From Alistipes sp. (GTDB taxonomy: Bacteria > Bacteroidota > Bacteroidia > Bacteroidales > Rikenellaceae): a DNA stretch of 64,000 nt. The stretch covers positions 12,734-76,733 of the forward strand of contig JAZUPN010000025.1 in assembly GCA_045605245.1 (NCBI GenBank), written 5' to 3'. The notes under the pieces are model-generated. The model searched no databases. It was not told where the DNA came from and saw nothing but the letters and a program-made list of their open reading frames with translations. Of this stretch, positions 10,760 to 20,770 are shown in pieces. A program made the position numbers and the translations under genes. Numbering within the stretch: position 1 is the stretch's first letter; each line of letters begins with the position of its first letter.

Positions 10760-11482
10760 CTATCTCCACTCGAAGGTGGTGCGGCAAGCAACCGTGCCCT
10801 CGTCGGTGGCGATTTCAAACTCCCAACGGTCGCCCTCGTTGCGATATCCGATGCGGAGCAGCTGTCCGTAACGAGTCTCGTTCAAGAAGTTAATTTCGAT
10901 ACGTACTGCGCGATCCTCGGTTAAAATCTCCAATGGCAGGCAATCGAGCATAAGATCGAAATAGCGCAACGAATTCATATGACGATTGAAGTCGATATCG
11001 CTATATGCTACGCGATGTTCAGTGGTTGCTGTGGCTTCGACTGCGGGCAATTTGCCTGCGCGTTCGATGGGCGGCTCTTCGTCGCAAACCGCGTCATTAT
11101 GCTCGGCAATATAGCGAAGATCGACCGCACGACGTGTATTGAAGTCAATCATTGACCATTGTGTCGTAGCCGAGCCAAATACCTCGCCCTCGCAATCGAG
11201 AACAAAATTACGGGTACTCATAGCGCGACCATAGTCGCTTACCCACGTGGTAATATTATAAGGTGTATATTCGCTCGGAAGGTGGTTGATCTCAATAGCC
11301 ATACGCGATAAAACCCACGAGCGATTTTGCGGTTTCAGTTCGCGAATACCGAATCCCTTGCTGTCGGCATCTACGCCTGCGACATTGAGAGTTTTAGCAA
11401 TCAGATTCGAGATCGATGCACGCAGGGTGAAATCGACATCCTGCGGATCAACCATATGGGGATATGTTGTCTTTGCTGCCAT
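10760..11482 (-). CDS. Acyl-ACP thioesterase
   Basis: The tandem hotdog-fold sequence (WVLSRMAIEI..., AYSDIDFNRHMNSLRYFD) is typical of FatA/B-like thioesterases. I chose the internal ATG at 11480-11482 (MAAKTTYPHM) because the upstream 30 codons of the track ORF look like non-coding AT-rich sequence. Confidence 0.78.
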   Translation of the reverse strand: MAAKTTYPHMVDPQDVDFTLRASISNLIAKTLNVAGVDADSKGFGIRELKPQNRSWVLSRMAIEINHLPSEYTPYNITTWVSDYGRAMSTRNFVLDCEGEVFGSATTQWSMIDFNTRRAVDLRYIAEHNDAVCDEEPPIERAGKLPAVEATATTEHRVAYSDIDFNRHMNSLRYFDLMLDCLPLEILTEDRAVRIEINFLNETRYGQLLRIGYRNEGDRWEFEIATDEGTVACRTTFEWR

Positions 11483-11601
11483 ATTCGTCAAAAGTTTTTC
11501 GAATAACAAAAATAACGAAAAATAGTTGAATTGCAATACAAAAAACGAGTACGGCCTAATTAAAGACCGCACTCGCAGAGGTTTAGAACAATCGTTGTTC
11601 G

Positions 11602-13002
11602 TTATTTCTTATCTTCGATACCGTAGCCCTTGCGCTTATCCTCGCGTTTGAGCAATATAGCGAAGAGGATTGCCGAAAACGACAGAGCCGCGAAGATAAC
11701 CATCGGAGTAGTATAGTCATACTTGTTGATGGTTGCGCCGTCGAGCATCTGAGTACCAACGATACAATACTCGTTCAGTACCCAGTTGATCAGCAGAGGC
11801 ACTCCCATCAGACCTACGTTCTGCAACCAGAAGATCAGTGCGTAAGCCGAACCAAGTTTCTTTGGCTCAACGATCTTGGTTACAGCGGGCCACATTGCCG
11901 AGGGAACCAGCGAGAAGGCGATACCCAGAACGACCATCATTGCGATAGCAACGGCAACGCTGGTAATCTGCGGCACTGCAAATACCACGTGAACGAAGAA
12001 CAACAGCACCGAGCCGATCAACATCAGCGTAGCACCGCGACCAACCTTATCGTAGATGCCGCCAAAGATCGGGGTCAGCAGAATGGTACCGAAGGGCAAC
12101 ATCGCAGGGATCCACGAAGCGTAATCGAAATCAATAGGATACTTGTTGAACATAAAGTCGGTGGCGTTCTTCAAGAAGGGGAACACGGCCGAATAGAATA
12201 CCAAGCAGAGAATTGCGATATACCAGAATGCGGGTACCTTGATGATGTCGATGATGTCGCGTACGCGGAAAGGCTCCTCCTGCTCAACGTTCGATTCGGT
12301 CTCCTCTTTGTCCAAACGAGCATCCATTACGCAGAATACGAGGAAGGTGATCAAACCGATACACATAATCGCCATACCAACCATTACGGGAGCCGAGATC
12401 TGGAAATCAAACCATTCAGGCAGTTTCGGACAGAGCACGAAAGCAGCAGCCGTACCCAAACGTGCGGTAGCTACCTGCAAGCCCAATGCCAGCGCAAGCT
12501 CACGACCTGCAAACCAACGAGCGATAATGCGGGTAACGGTGATACCTGCGATCTCCGAGCCGAGGCAGAATGTCGCATAGCCCAACGAAATGTAGAGCAA
12601 CGACGAGTGGATATTGCCCAGCCAGGGCAGAGTCTCTGCTGCGAAGTCGGGGTTCTGAACGGTGTATTCGATAACGAAATACTTGATAGCAACGCCGACC
12701 AACATTAGGCCTGTTGCCAACACGCCCGTAAATTTGGTGCCCCATTTATCGAGGATGATACCGCCGATAATGAGCATAAAAAGGAATACGGTGAACCAAC
12801 CGTACGAGAAGTTAAATACGCCGAAGTCCATCGATGTCCAACCCAAACCACCGTCAGCAATCTCCTTTTCGAGCAGCGTTTTGAGCGGCGACATAATGTC
12901 CGAGATGAAATAGGCGCACATCATCGTGAACGAAACGAGTGCAAGGACCGTCCAACGCGCGGTCTTCGATTCGCTCAGCTTTTTTTGAATTGCTTTTACC
13001 AT
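11602..13002 (-). CDS. MFS transporter
   Basis: About 12 predicted TM helices. I chose the ATG at 13000-13002 (MVKAIQKK...) so the gene does not overlap the upstream TPR gene stop at 13043. Confidence 0.78.
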   Translation of the reverse strand: MVKAIQKKLSESKTARWTVLALVSFTMMCAYFISDIMSPLKTLLEKEIADGGLGWTSMDFGVFNFSYGWFTVFLFMLIIGGIILDKWGTKFTGVLATGLMLVGVAIKYFVIEYTVQNPDFAAETLPWLGNIHSSLLYISLGYATFCLGSEIAGITVTRIIARWFAGRELALALGLQVATARLGTAAAFVLCPKLPEWFDFQISAPVMVGMAIMCIGLITFLVFCVMDARLDKEETESNVEQEEPFRVRDIIDIIKVPAFWYIAILCLVFYSAVFPFLKNATDFMFNKYPIDFDYASWIPAMLPFGTILLTPIFGGIYDKVGRGATLMLIGSVLLFFVHVVFAVPQITSVAVAIAMMVVLGIAFSLVPSAMWPAVTKIVEPKKLGSAYALIFWLQNVGLMGVPLLINWVLNEYCIVGTQMLDGATINKYDYTTPMVIFAALSFSAILFAILLKREDKRKGYGIEDKK

Positions 13003-13042
13003 CTTTTTTATTGTTTGAATTATTAGTTTGTTTTTTTGTTGT

Positions 13043-15040
13043 TTAGTCGTGTTTGGCCGATGCATAGCGTTGCAAGAGCTGATAGGAATTAGCGATACCC
13101 AATTCGCCTGCTTTGCTCAAATCGAGGCAACCTTTGCGGGTATCTTTCATATAAATTTGTACCAGACCTCTGTTGTAATATGCCTCGGCAAAGTTGGGCC
13201 ACAACTCGATAGCCTTCGAATAGTCTTCGAATGCTTCGGGCAACTTGCCTGAAAGAGCTTGCAGATTTGCTCGGTTGTAGTAGGCGTAAGCAAACGTGGG
13301 GTAGAGCTTGATCGCCTTGTTCAGGTCCGCAATCGCCTCGTCGTAGTTATACGAGCGCGAAGAGGCATTTTGCAGTCGATTAACCGGATCGGCATCAATC
13401 GTAATACGCTGGTACGAATTGTCGATCGACGAGATGAAGTCGATCATCTCGGCCTGCGTGGTCGAGCGATTGAGATAGAGGAACGGATTTGTCGGTGCGC
13501 GATCGATCGCTGCTGTATATGTAGCGACAGAATTGGTATATTGCTTAATCAGCGACTGCGTTATACCGCGCAGGAATAGCGGCTTCCAATCATCCGATTG
13601 CTCGGCGATGCGAGCAGCGAGTCGGCTGTCAAGCTCCACGAGTGAGTCGGTCGGAATGTCGCTCTCACGACGCGATAGTTTCATATCGGGCTGTGCAAGT
13701 TCGGCCACGAAATCCTCTACGCGCTGCAAGTAATAGCGTTTCGGATCGATCTGCTGAATGCTATCGGCACGTGTAATCGTGAAACGGAACAGCGGCATCA
13801 GTGCTAAATTCTCACCCGACGTATGAGTTGTGATGCGCTCGAAATTACTGCCTGCCATCTTGGTATCGAACGAGAGCAGCTGGTCGAAACGGTGTGTCGT
13901 ATCGGAATAGATCGAGTACGAAATGCTATCCTTCAACTTTGAACGATACTCGGCAATCTTTTTATCAGCCGTTTGGCGATCCTGACGAGCACCCTTCGTA
14001 TCGCGCAACATATAGCGAATATTGCTTCGATTGATGTATGCATTTGCAAAATCGGGATAGAGGTCGATGGCTTTGTTGTAATCGCGCAGTGCCGCCTTCA
14101 AATCACCCAATTGAGTATGGAGCAACGCACGATTGTAATATACCAATACATTGTCGGGGGTGTAAAATGCCACTTGATTATAATCCTCCAATGCACGGTT
14201 ATAGTCGCCAATCTGTGAGCGAACGAGTGCGCGGTTGAAATATGCGAGTGAATTCGACGAGTCAAGCTCGATTGTGCGATCGAAATCCAACAGCGACTCG
14301 ACGGGACGATTCAGATGCGAATGAACAATCGCTCGGTTGAAGAATGAAACCATATAACTCGAATCACACTCAACGGCCTTATTAAAGTCGGCCAAAGCCT
14401 CGCTGTATCGTTTCTGCGCCATCAACAATGAGCCGCGTCGATTGTATCCGTCGGGATTCTCACGATTGGTACGAATGGCGAGGTTATAGTTGTCGTATGC
14501 CGCTGTGGTATCTTTCAAATAGAGGTAGCTTGTGCCGCGATTGATATATGCATCCGTAACCTTTGCATCGTGGCGGATAAACATATTGAAGTCCTCGATT
14601 GCCTCTTTGAATTGCTGATTAAGCAGGCGCGTTACACCTCGGCTGTAATATGGATTCGGCAGGTCGGGGCGCAGATCGATAGCCTCCTGAAAATCTTTCA
14701 GCGCATCGTCATAGTTGCCTAATCGCGAACGTGTAATGGCGCGATAGGTGTAGGCGTTGGTATATACGGGATTTTTCTCGATAGCACTTGTGAAATCGGC
14801 CTCTGCGCCCAGCAGGTCATCGAGGTTGTACTTTGCAATGCCACGCAGAAAATAGGCCTCATAAGCCTCCTCATCGACACGCAACAAAATATTGAGCGTC
14901 TTAATCGCTTCGGGGTAGTTGTTCTCGACCAAAAAGTGTCGGCCCACCCAGAAAAAATACTCTTTGTTATATTGCGCCGAGGCGCGATTGCCGACAAAAA
15001 GCGACAGCGCGATGAGCAATATGGTTATATATTTTCGCAT
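13043..15040 (-). CDS. Tetratricopeptide-repeat protein (secreted or periplasmic)
   Basis: 665 aa with a signal peptide and many tandem TPR units (A..Y.NRG......A..DF.KAIELDP pattern). Confidence 0.8.
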   Translation of the reverse strand: MRKYITILLIALSLFVGNRASAQYNKEYFFWVGRHFLVENNYPEAIKTLNILLRVDEEAYEAYFLRGIAKYNLDDLLGAEADFTSAIEKNPVYTNAYTYRAITRSRLGNYDDALKDFQEAIDLRPDLPNPYYSRGVTRLLNQQFKEAIEDFNMFIRHDAKVTDAYINRGTSYLYLKDTTAAYDNYNLAIRTNRENPDGYNRRGSLLMAQKRYSEALADFNKAVECDSSYMVSFFNRAIVHSHLNRPVESLLDFDRTIELDSSNSLAYFNRALVRSQIGDYNRALEDYNQVAFYTPDNVLVYYNRALLHTQLGDLKAALRDYNKAIDLYPDFANAYINRSNIRYMLRDTKGARQDRQTADKKIAEYRSKLKDSISYSIYSDTTHRFDQLLSFDTKMAGSNFERITTHTSGENLALMPLFRFTITRADSIQQIDPKRYYLQRVEDFVAELAQPDMKLSRRESDIPTDSLVELDSRLAARIAEQSDDWKPLFLRGITQSLIKQYTNSVATYTAAIDRAPTNPFLYLNRSTTQAEMIDFISSIDNSYQRITIDADPVNRLQNASSRSYNYDEAIADLNKAIKLYPTFAYAYYNRANLQALSGKLPEAFEDYSKAIELWPNFAEAYYNRGLVQIYMKDTRKGCLDLSKAGELGIANSYQLLQRYASAKHD

Positions 15041-15259
15041 ATAATATCTCTTTAAGGGGTCAAAGGTACTAATTTTTTTTGAATAACTTATCTATTAACG
15101 TTATGATATAATAATTAGTGTATATTATTAGTGGAAATGTTGTCGCGCGAACTCGAAGAGAGTGAAAAAGCCGAAAATTTATTTGGGGTTTTAGCGAAAA
15201 AGCATTAACTTTGACAGCAATTTATTTTTGCACTGATCGTAAAAATTAAAACCAGACAA

Positions 15260-16522
15260 ATGAAAAAAGTAGATGTTGTACTCGGCCTGCAATGGGGCGA
15301 CGAGGGCAAAGGTAAAATGATAGACGTTTTAACGCCTAACTACGAGGTGGTTGCACGTTTTCAGGGCGGTCCCAACGCGGGCCATACGCTCGAATTCGAG
15401 GGACAGAAGTATGTCCTGCGCTCGATCCCGTCGGGAATCTTTCAGGGCGGTAAGGTCAATATTATCGGTAACGGCGTAGTGCTTGATCCGATTCTCTTCA
15501 AGGAGGAGGCTACGGCTCTGGCTGCAAGCGGCCACGATCTGACCAAGCGTCTCTACATCTCGAAGAAGGCTCACCTGATTATGCCTACTCACCGTATGCT
15601 CGACGCAGCTTATGAGGCTGCGAAGGGTAGTGCCAAGATCGGTACGACGGGTAAGGGTATCGGCCCCACCTACACCGACAAGATCAGCCGTAATGGCGTG
15701 CGTGTAGGTGATATTTTCCGCGATTTTAAGACTATCTATGCCGCAGCGAAAGCTCGCCACGAGGCTACTTTGCGTTCGCTGGGTTACGAGTACGATGTAA
15801 CCGAGTTGGAGAAGCAGTGGTTTGAGGGCATCGAGTACTTGAAGAAATTCAATATTATCGATAGCGAGCAGACCGTAAATGATCTGCTGATGGCCGACAA
15901 GAGCGTTCTCGCCGAGGGCGCACAAGGTACATTGCTCGACGTTGATTTCGGTTCGTATCCCTTTGTAACTTCGTCGAATACCGTTTGTGCAGGTGCTTGT
16001 ACGGGTTTGGGTGTTGCTCCCAACCGTATCGGCGATGTGTATGGTATCTTCAAGGCATATTGCACCCGCGTAGGTAGCGGCCCGTTCCCCACCGAGTTGT
16101 TCGACGAAACGGGCAAGCAGTTGCGCGATATCGGCCACGAGTACGGTGCAGTTACGGGTCGTGAGCGTCGTTGTGGTTGGCTTGACCTCGTTGCGTTGAA
16201 ATATTCGATTATGATCAACGGTGCAACGGCTCTGATTATGATGAAGGCTGATGTGATGAATGACTTCGACACAATTAAGGTTGCAGTTGGTTACGAGATC
16301 GACGGCGAGCGTGTTGATCACTTCCCCTATTCGGTTGATTGCGAGATTAAGCCGATCTATGCCGAGTTGAAGGGCTGGAAGTGCAATATCAACGATATTC
16401 GTCGCTACGAGGATTTCCCCGCAGAGTTGAAGGCCTATGTCGAATTTATCGAGCAGCAGACGGGTGTGCCCGTTAAGATTGTGTCGGTAGGTCCCGACCG
16501 TGAGGCTACAATTGTACGATAA
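15260..16522 (+). CDS. purA: Adenylosuccinate synthase
   Basis: 420 aa with the QWGDEGKGK P-loop and GIGPTY. Confidence 0.95.
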   Translation: MKKVDVVLGLQWGDEGKGKMIDVLTPNYEVVARFQGGPNAGHTLEFEGQKYVLRSIPSGIFQGGKVNIIGNGVVLDPILFKEEATALAASGHDLTKRLYISKKAHLIMPTHRMLDAAYEAAKGSAKIGTTGKGIGPTYTDKISRNGVRVGDIFRDFKTIYAAAKARHEATLRSLGYEYDVTELEKQWFEGIEYLKKFNIIDSEQTVNDLLMADKSVLAEGAQGTLLDVDFGSYPFVTSSNTVCAGACTGLGVAPNRIGDVYGIFKAYCTRVGSGPFPTELFDETGKQLRDIGHEYGAVTGRERRCGWLDLVALKYSIMINGATALIMMKADVMNDFDTIKVAVGYEIDGERVDHFPYSVDCEIKPIYAELKGWKCNINDIRRYEDFPAELKAYVEFIEQQTGVPVKIVSVGPDREATIVR

Positions 16523-16549
16523 GAATTATTAACCTAAAAAATTATAACT

Positions 16550-17233
16550 ATGAAAAGATTTGGTATAATGTGTATGACGCTGGCTACGGCAGCGATGTTG
16601 TTCACCGGTTGCGGTGCCTTGAAGGGTGGTCTTATCGGTGGCGCAGCAGCAGGTGCATTGGGCGCAGGTATTGGTGCTTTGGCCGGTGGCGGTAAAGGTG
16701 CTGCTATTGGTGCAGCGGCAGGTGTGGCAGTAGGTGCTACGGCTGGCGCTTTGATCGGCAAGAAGATGGAGAAGCAGAAGGCTGAATTGGAGGCGATCGA
16801 GGGTGCAGACGTTGAGACTGTAACCGATACCAACGGTCTGGATGCATTGAAGGTAACTTTCGATAGCGGTATTCTGTTCGCAACCAATAAGAGCGACTTG
16901 ACCGCAACTTCGAAGGCTTCGCTTGATAAGTTCGCTATCAGCTTGTTGCAGAACCCTGAGACTGATGTAACCATCTTCGGTCATACCGATTCGACCGGTT
17001 CGTTGGAGGTTAACGAGCGTATCTCGTTGCAGCGTGCGCAGTCGGTTCAGAACTACTTGCAGGGCAAGGGCGTTGAGGCTGGCCGTATTATTAAGGTTGA
17101 GGGTAAGGCTTACAGCGAGCCCGTAGCTTCGAACGACACTGCTGAGGGTCGTGCTGCAAACCGTCGCGTTGAGGTTTATATCTCGGCTAACGAGACTATG
17201 GTTGAGCAGGCAGAGGCTGGTACTTTGAAGTAA
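16550..17233 (+). CDS. OmpA-family lipoprotein with N-terminal glycine-zipper region
   Basis: Lipobox LFTGC, a GxxxG-rich glycine zipper, and a C-terminal OmpA_C domain (GHTDSTGS...NRRVEV). Confidence 0.8.
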   Translation: MKRFGIMCMTLATAAMLFTGCGALKGGLIGGAAAGALGAGIGALAGGGKGAAIGAAAGVAVGATAGALIGKKMEKQKAELEAIEGADVETVTDTNGLDALKVTFDSGILFATNKSDLTATSKASLDKFAISLLQNPETDVTIFGHTDSTGSLEVNERISLQRAQSVQNYLQGKGVEAGRIIKVEGKAYSEPVASNDTAEGRAANRRVEVYISANETMVEQAEAGTLK

Positions 17234-17254
17234 TCAACCAACTCATACATAAAT

Positions 17255-17287
17255 AAAAATGCCGTCTCGCGAAGAGGCGGCATTTTT
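17255..17287. terminator. Bidirectional rho-independent terminator
   Basis: AAAAATGCCGTCTC-GCGAA-GAGGCGGCATTTTT hairpin between convergent genes. Confidence 0.65.
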
Positions 17288-17305
17288 ATTTGATAGGTAC
17301 AGCAG

Positions 17306-17674
17306 TTATAACGAAGGCTGGCGGATAATTACTCGATCCTCGGCTGTGAAACTTGCAGCGATGACTCTCACCACGCGACGCTTGCCGGTATTGTTGGCTG
17401 TAAATTTGATCTTAATTCCTGAATCCCATTCAGCCAATGCTCGTGTCATCTCGTAGTTGTCGATGATCTCGGCAACTTCGCACCAGTCTTTGTTGTTGCT
17501 GCCGTAGTATTTAATCGCCACCTGATCTAAACCTGTCGAATTGACGGGGATAATCATCTCGCCACCTGCGGCTGAAACCTCATAGCTACGTTCGTAGAAA
17601 TCGACATCGGGGACATCGCAACCCGTAAATGTTATGGTCGAAAGCAGAATGCAAAAGGCAAGTAGTCGTTTCAT
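17306..17674 (-). CDS. Small lipoprotein, BACON-like single domain (hypothetical)
   Basis: 122 aa with lipobox ITFTGCD. The pattern YEVSAAGGEMIIPVNS...W...N.TGKRRVVRVIA...VIIRQ resembles a BACON-type Ig-like domain. This is a weak assignment from memory. Confidence 0.45.
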   Translation of the reverse strand: MKRLLAFCILLSTITFTGCDVPDVDFYERSYEVSAAGGEMIIPVNSTGLDQVAIKYYGSNNKDWCEVAEIIDNYEMTRALAEWDSGIKIKFTANNTGKRRVVRVIAASFTAEDRVIIRQPSL

Positions 17675-17704
17675 AGTAGTTGTGTTTTAGTGGTTTATAA
17701 AGTA

Positions 17705-17737
17705 CAAATATACCCCCCCCCATTCGAGAATTCCAAA
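17705..17737 (-). promoter_or_regulatory. Bacteroidetes-type promoter (-33 TTTG / -7 TATATTTG) whose 21-nt spacer contains a G9 homopolymer
   Basis: The minus strand reads TTTG-GAATTCTCGAAT-GGGGGGGGG-TATATTTG, about 30 nt upstream of the lipoprotein ATG at 17674. The C9 run on the plus strand is at 17713-17721. Confidence 0.4.
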
Positions 17738-17866
17738 TTTTTAGATCGAAAAAATCACTTCAAACTCGAAAAATAACCACGCGAACCTCTTATTCTCCCT
17801 TACAGAAAAGCCGCACTCCGAAAAGGAGCGCGGCTCATTTGATTGGATATTTCGTTGTCGCAACTA

Positions 17867-18808
17867 TTAGAAGATGAAGCGCGAGCTGATCTCCTTATAG
17901 TTATAAACTCGGTCGATAACGTCTGCAAAGATGTCGGCAACGCTCAACACTGTGAACTTCGACAAATCCTTAGTCTGATCCAGAGGAATGGTGTCGGTAA
18001 TGATAACCTCTTCGAGCGAGCTGTTGTTGATACGCTCGTAAGCGGGCCCCGACAGAATAGCGTGGGTAGCTACGGCACGAACGCTCTTTGCGCCCTTCTC
18101 CATCAACATATCGGCAGCCATAGTGATCGTACCTGCGGTGTCGATCATATCGTCGAGAATGATCACGTTGCGACCCTCGACATCACCGATAGCGGTCATC
18201 TTGCCAACAACGTTGGCCTTCTCGCGCTGCTTGTGGCTGATAATCATCGGTGCACCCAGATACTTTGCATAAGCACTTGCACGTTTTGCACCACCCATAT
18301 CGGGCGAAGCTACCGACAGATCCTCGATACCCAACGAGTTGATGTAGGGAACGAAGATACCGCTTGCGTAGAGGTGATCAACGGGAATATCGAAGAAGCC
18401 CTGAATCTGATCAGCGTGCAGGTCCATCGTCATAATGCGATCAACGCCTGCTGCGCGCAACAAGTTAGCAACGAGCTTTGCACCGATCGAAACGCGAGGA
18501 CGATCCTTGCGATCCTGACGAGCCCAGCCGAAATAGGGCATAACTGCGATTACGCGGTGAGCCGAAGCGCGGTGAGCTGCATCAATCATCAGCAGAAGCT
18601 CCATAAGGTTCTCTGCGGGCGGGAAGGTCGATTGAATGATAAATACGGTGCAGCCACGAATACTCTCGTTATAAGCGGGCTGGAATTCTCCATCACTAAA
18701 TTCGAGAACTTGCGAGTCGCCGAGTTCGCTGCCGTAACTGCGGGCGATCTTCTCTGCCAGAGGTCGCGAACCACGGCAAGCGAAGAATTTGATTTTGTGG
18801 ATAGCCAT
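17867..18808 (-). CDS. prs: Ribose-phosphate pyrophosphokinase
   Basis: 313 aa with DLHADQIQGFF and the PRPP-binding loop IILDDMIDTAGT. Confidence 0.93.
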   Translation of the reverse strand: MAIHKIKFFACRGSRPLAEKIARSYGSELGDSQVLEFSDGEFQPAYNESIRGCTVFIIQSTFPPAENLMELLLMIDAAHRASAHRVIAVMPYFGWARQDRKDRPRVSIGAKLVANLLRAAGVDRIMTMDLHADQIQGFFDIPVDHLYASGIFVPYINSLGIEDLSVASPDMGGAKRASAYAKYLGAPMIISHKQREKANVVGKMTAIGDVEGRNVIILDDMIDTAGTITMAADMLMEKGAKSVRAVATHAILSGPAYERINNSSLEEVIITDTIPLDQTKDLSKFTVLSVADIFADVIDRVYNYKEISSRFIF

Positions 18809-18850
18809 AAGTCAGTTTGGTATGATCGTTAGTGTTACAAAATTACAATT

Positions 18851-19480
18851 TTATTTGTTTGATCCATCCTCTTCGATGTCGATTTTTTCAACATCATTCA
18901 AACATTTATCGATAAAATCCAAAATTTCATCTCTTCCGCGACCCTTTTCCGACGAACTAACAAGCATCAGTGGCATCTCTTCCCACTGCTCGGCAAGCGT
19001 TCGCTGGTAACGCTCAACGCTGCGTTTTAGCTGTGCGGCTGACAATTTATCAGCTTTGGTGAAGATTAAACCGAAGGGGATACCGCGCTCTCCAAGCATT
19101 GTGATAAATTCCAGATCGATACGTTGCGGCTCCAAACGCGAATCGACCAATACGAACAAGTAGTGCAACTTGCGACACTTTGTTACATAGTCGGTGATAA
19201 GTTTCGAGAAACCACCACGCACATCCTTCGAGACACGCGCATAGCCATATCCGGGCAGATCGACCAGATACCACTTATCGTTAATCAGGAAATGGTTTAT
19301 AAGGCGGGTTTTACCGGGTGTGCCCGACACCTTTGCCAACTGACGCTGGGTGAGCATATTGATCAGCGACGATTTGCCGACATTACTTCGACCGATGAAT
19401 GCAAACTCGTGGAGGTTGTCATCGGGAATCTGTTGCAGTTTCTGACTGCTGCATTTGAATTGGGCTTTGCTGATAATCAT
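18851..19480 (-). CDS. engB: Ribosome-biogenesis GTPase YsxC/EngB
   Basis: G1 motif GRSNVGKSSLIN, G3 DLPGYG and G4 TKADK. I preferred the ATG at 19478-19480 (MIISKAQF...), which gives the typical length of about 200 aa. The track ORF extends to 19531. Confidence 0.85.
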   Translation of the reverse strand: MIISKAQFKCSSQKLQQIPDDNLHEFAFIGRSNVGKSSLINMLTQRQLAKVSGTPGKTRLINHFLINDKWYLVDLPGYGYARVSKDVRGGFSKLITDYVTKCRKLHYLFVLVDSRLEPQRIDLEFITMLGERGIPFGLIFTKADKLSAAQLKRSVERYQRTLAEQWEEMPLMLVSSSEKGRGRDEILDFIDKCLNDVEKIDIEEDGSNK

Positions 19481-19631
19481 CGCTCGCGGTTTTTTCGCAT
19501 ACAAAGATAACAATTTTTGCCGAAAACTCAAACCGTTTCGACTATTATTAAAATATTTTCACAACTTGATTTGTAGAATCTCTATGAAAATCGTATCTTT
19601 GACCTCGACTTTTATATGAAAGACAAATAAT

Positions 19632-20705
19632 ATGAAAAGATTTATATTGTTGATTATGACCATTGTACCACTGATATCGACAGCACAGCGTCAAGTAACC
19701 GATGCGGAGATTGAAGCTCTCCACGATCGAATTATTTCGATTGACACCCACAACGACTTTTCGTTGGGATATTGTTTCCCCAATGCAGGTTTTTCGACAG
19801 CAAAGGGTCAGGTGTCGTTCGAGAAGATGATCGAAGGCCGTCTGGACTGTGCTGTGTTTGCCGCCTATATTGATCAGGGAAAGTGTGATGAGGCGGGCCA
19901 CGAGTGGGCTCGCAATCGAGCCGAAACGATGGTTGCAGGTTTGAAACGATACGTTGCCGAGAATGAGGATAAGGGCGTTGTGGTCTATTCGGCTGCGGAG
20001 ATTGAACGCGCAAAGCAGGAGGGTAAGCGAGCAATGATGATCTCGATCGAGAATTGCTACTGCTTCGGTACTGACATTACGGCGGTCGAGCACTTCTATA
20101 ATATGGGTGTCCGTATGGCAACGCTGACCCACAATGGAGCGAACGAGATCGCCGACACTTGCGTCGATCAGGGCGTGAAGGGTGGTCTAACGGAGTTTGG
20201 TCGAAAGGTGATTGCCGAGATGAATCGATTGGGTATGGTGATTGATGTCTCGCACGCATCGCGTCTGGCTACGTTGCAGGCCGCCGAGTTGAGTGAAACG
20301 CCTATTATCGCATCACATTCAGGCGTTTATGGCGTTCGCGCAATTCGTCGAAATCTTACCGATAAGGAGATTTTGGCAATTGCTGCGAAGGGCGGAGTAG
20401 TTCAGGTTGCGATTGTACGCTCGTTTATTTCGAACAAGCCGAAGGGCGAGGAGAGCCTTGCAGATCTGGTTGCTCACGTCGATTATCTCGTTAAACTTGT
20501 CGGTGTTGATCACGTAGGCTTTGGCTCGGATTTCGATGGCGGTGGCGGTATGCGCGGCTGTCGCAATATGTCGCAGATCAAAAATGTAACTCGCGCCCTG
20601 ATGGAGGCTGGCTATTCGGATGAGGATATTGCCAAAATGTGGGGTGGTAATACCTTGCGTGTGTTGAAGGCAGTCGAGGAGTATGCCGCAAATCAGCGCA
20701 AATAA
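19632..20705 (+). CDS. Membrane dipeptidase (peptidase M19 family)
   Basis: 357 aa with a signal peptide and the motifs IDTHNDF, LTHNGANE, DVSH and GFGSDFDG. Confidence 0.85.
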   Translation: MKRFILLIMTIVPLISTAQRQVTDAEIEALHDRIISIDTHNDFSLGYCFPNAGFSTAKGQVSFEKMIEGRLDCAVFAAYIDQGKCDEAGHEWARNRAETMVAGLKRYVAENEDKGVVVYSAAEIERAKQEGKRAMMISIENCYCFGTDITAVEHFYNMGVRMATLTHNGANEIADTCVDQGVKGGLTEFGRKVIAEMNRLGMVIDVSHASRLATLQAAELSETPIIASHSGVYGVRAIRRNLTDKEILAIAAKGGVVQVAIVRSFISNKPKGEESLADLVAHVDYLVKLVGVDHVGFGSDFDGGGGMRGCRNMSQIKNVTRALMEAGYSDEDIAKMWGGNTLRVLKAVEEYAANQRK

Positions 20706-20721
20706 AGACCGATAATCCGAA

Positions 20722-20764
20722 AAAATAACGACCGAACTCATTTGGAGTTCGGTCGTTTTATTTT
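20722..20764. terminator. Bidirectional rho-independent terminator
   Basis: AACGACCGAACTC-ATTTG-GAGTTCGGTCGTT hairpin with flanking A and T runs. Confidence 0.6.
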
Positions 20765-20770
20765 GCCGCT

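Noticed and set aside
16610-16770. Apparent tandem GGT/GCT/GCA nucleotide periodicity.
   Set aside because: It is the coding sequence of the glycine-zipper segment (GGLIGGAAAGALGAGIGALAGGG...) of the OmpA-family lipoprotein. It is protein low-complexity sequence, not a DNA-level repeat element.
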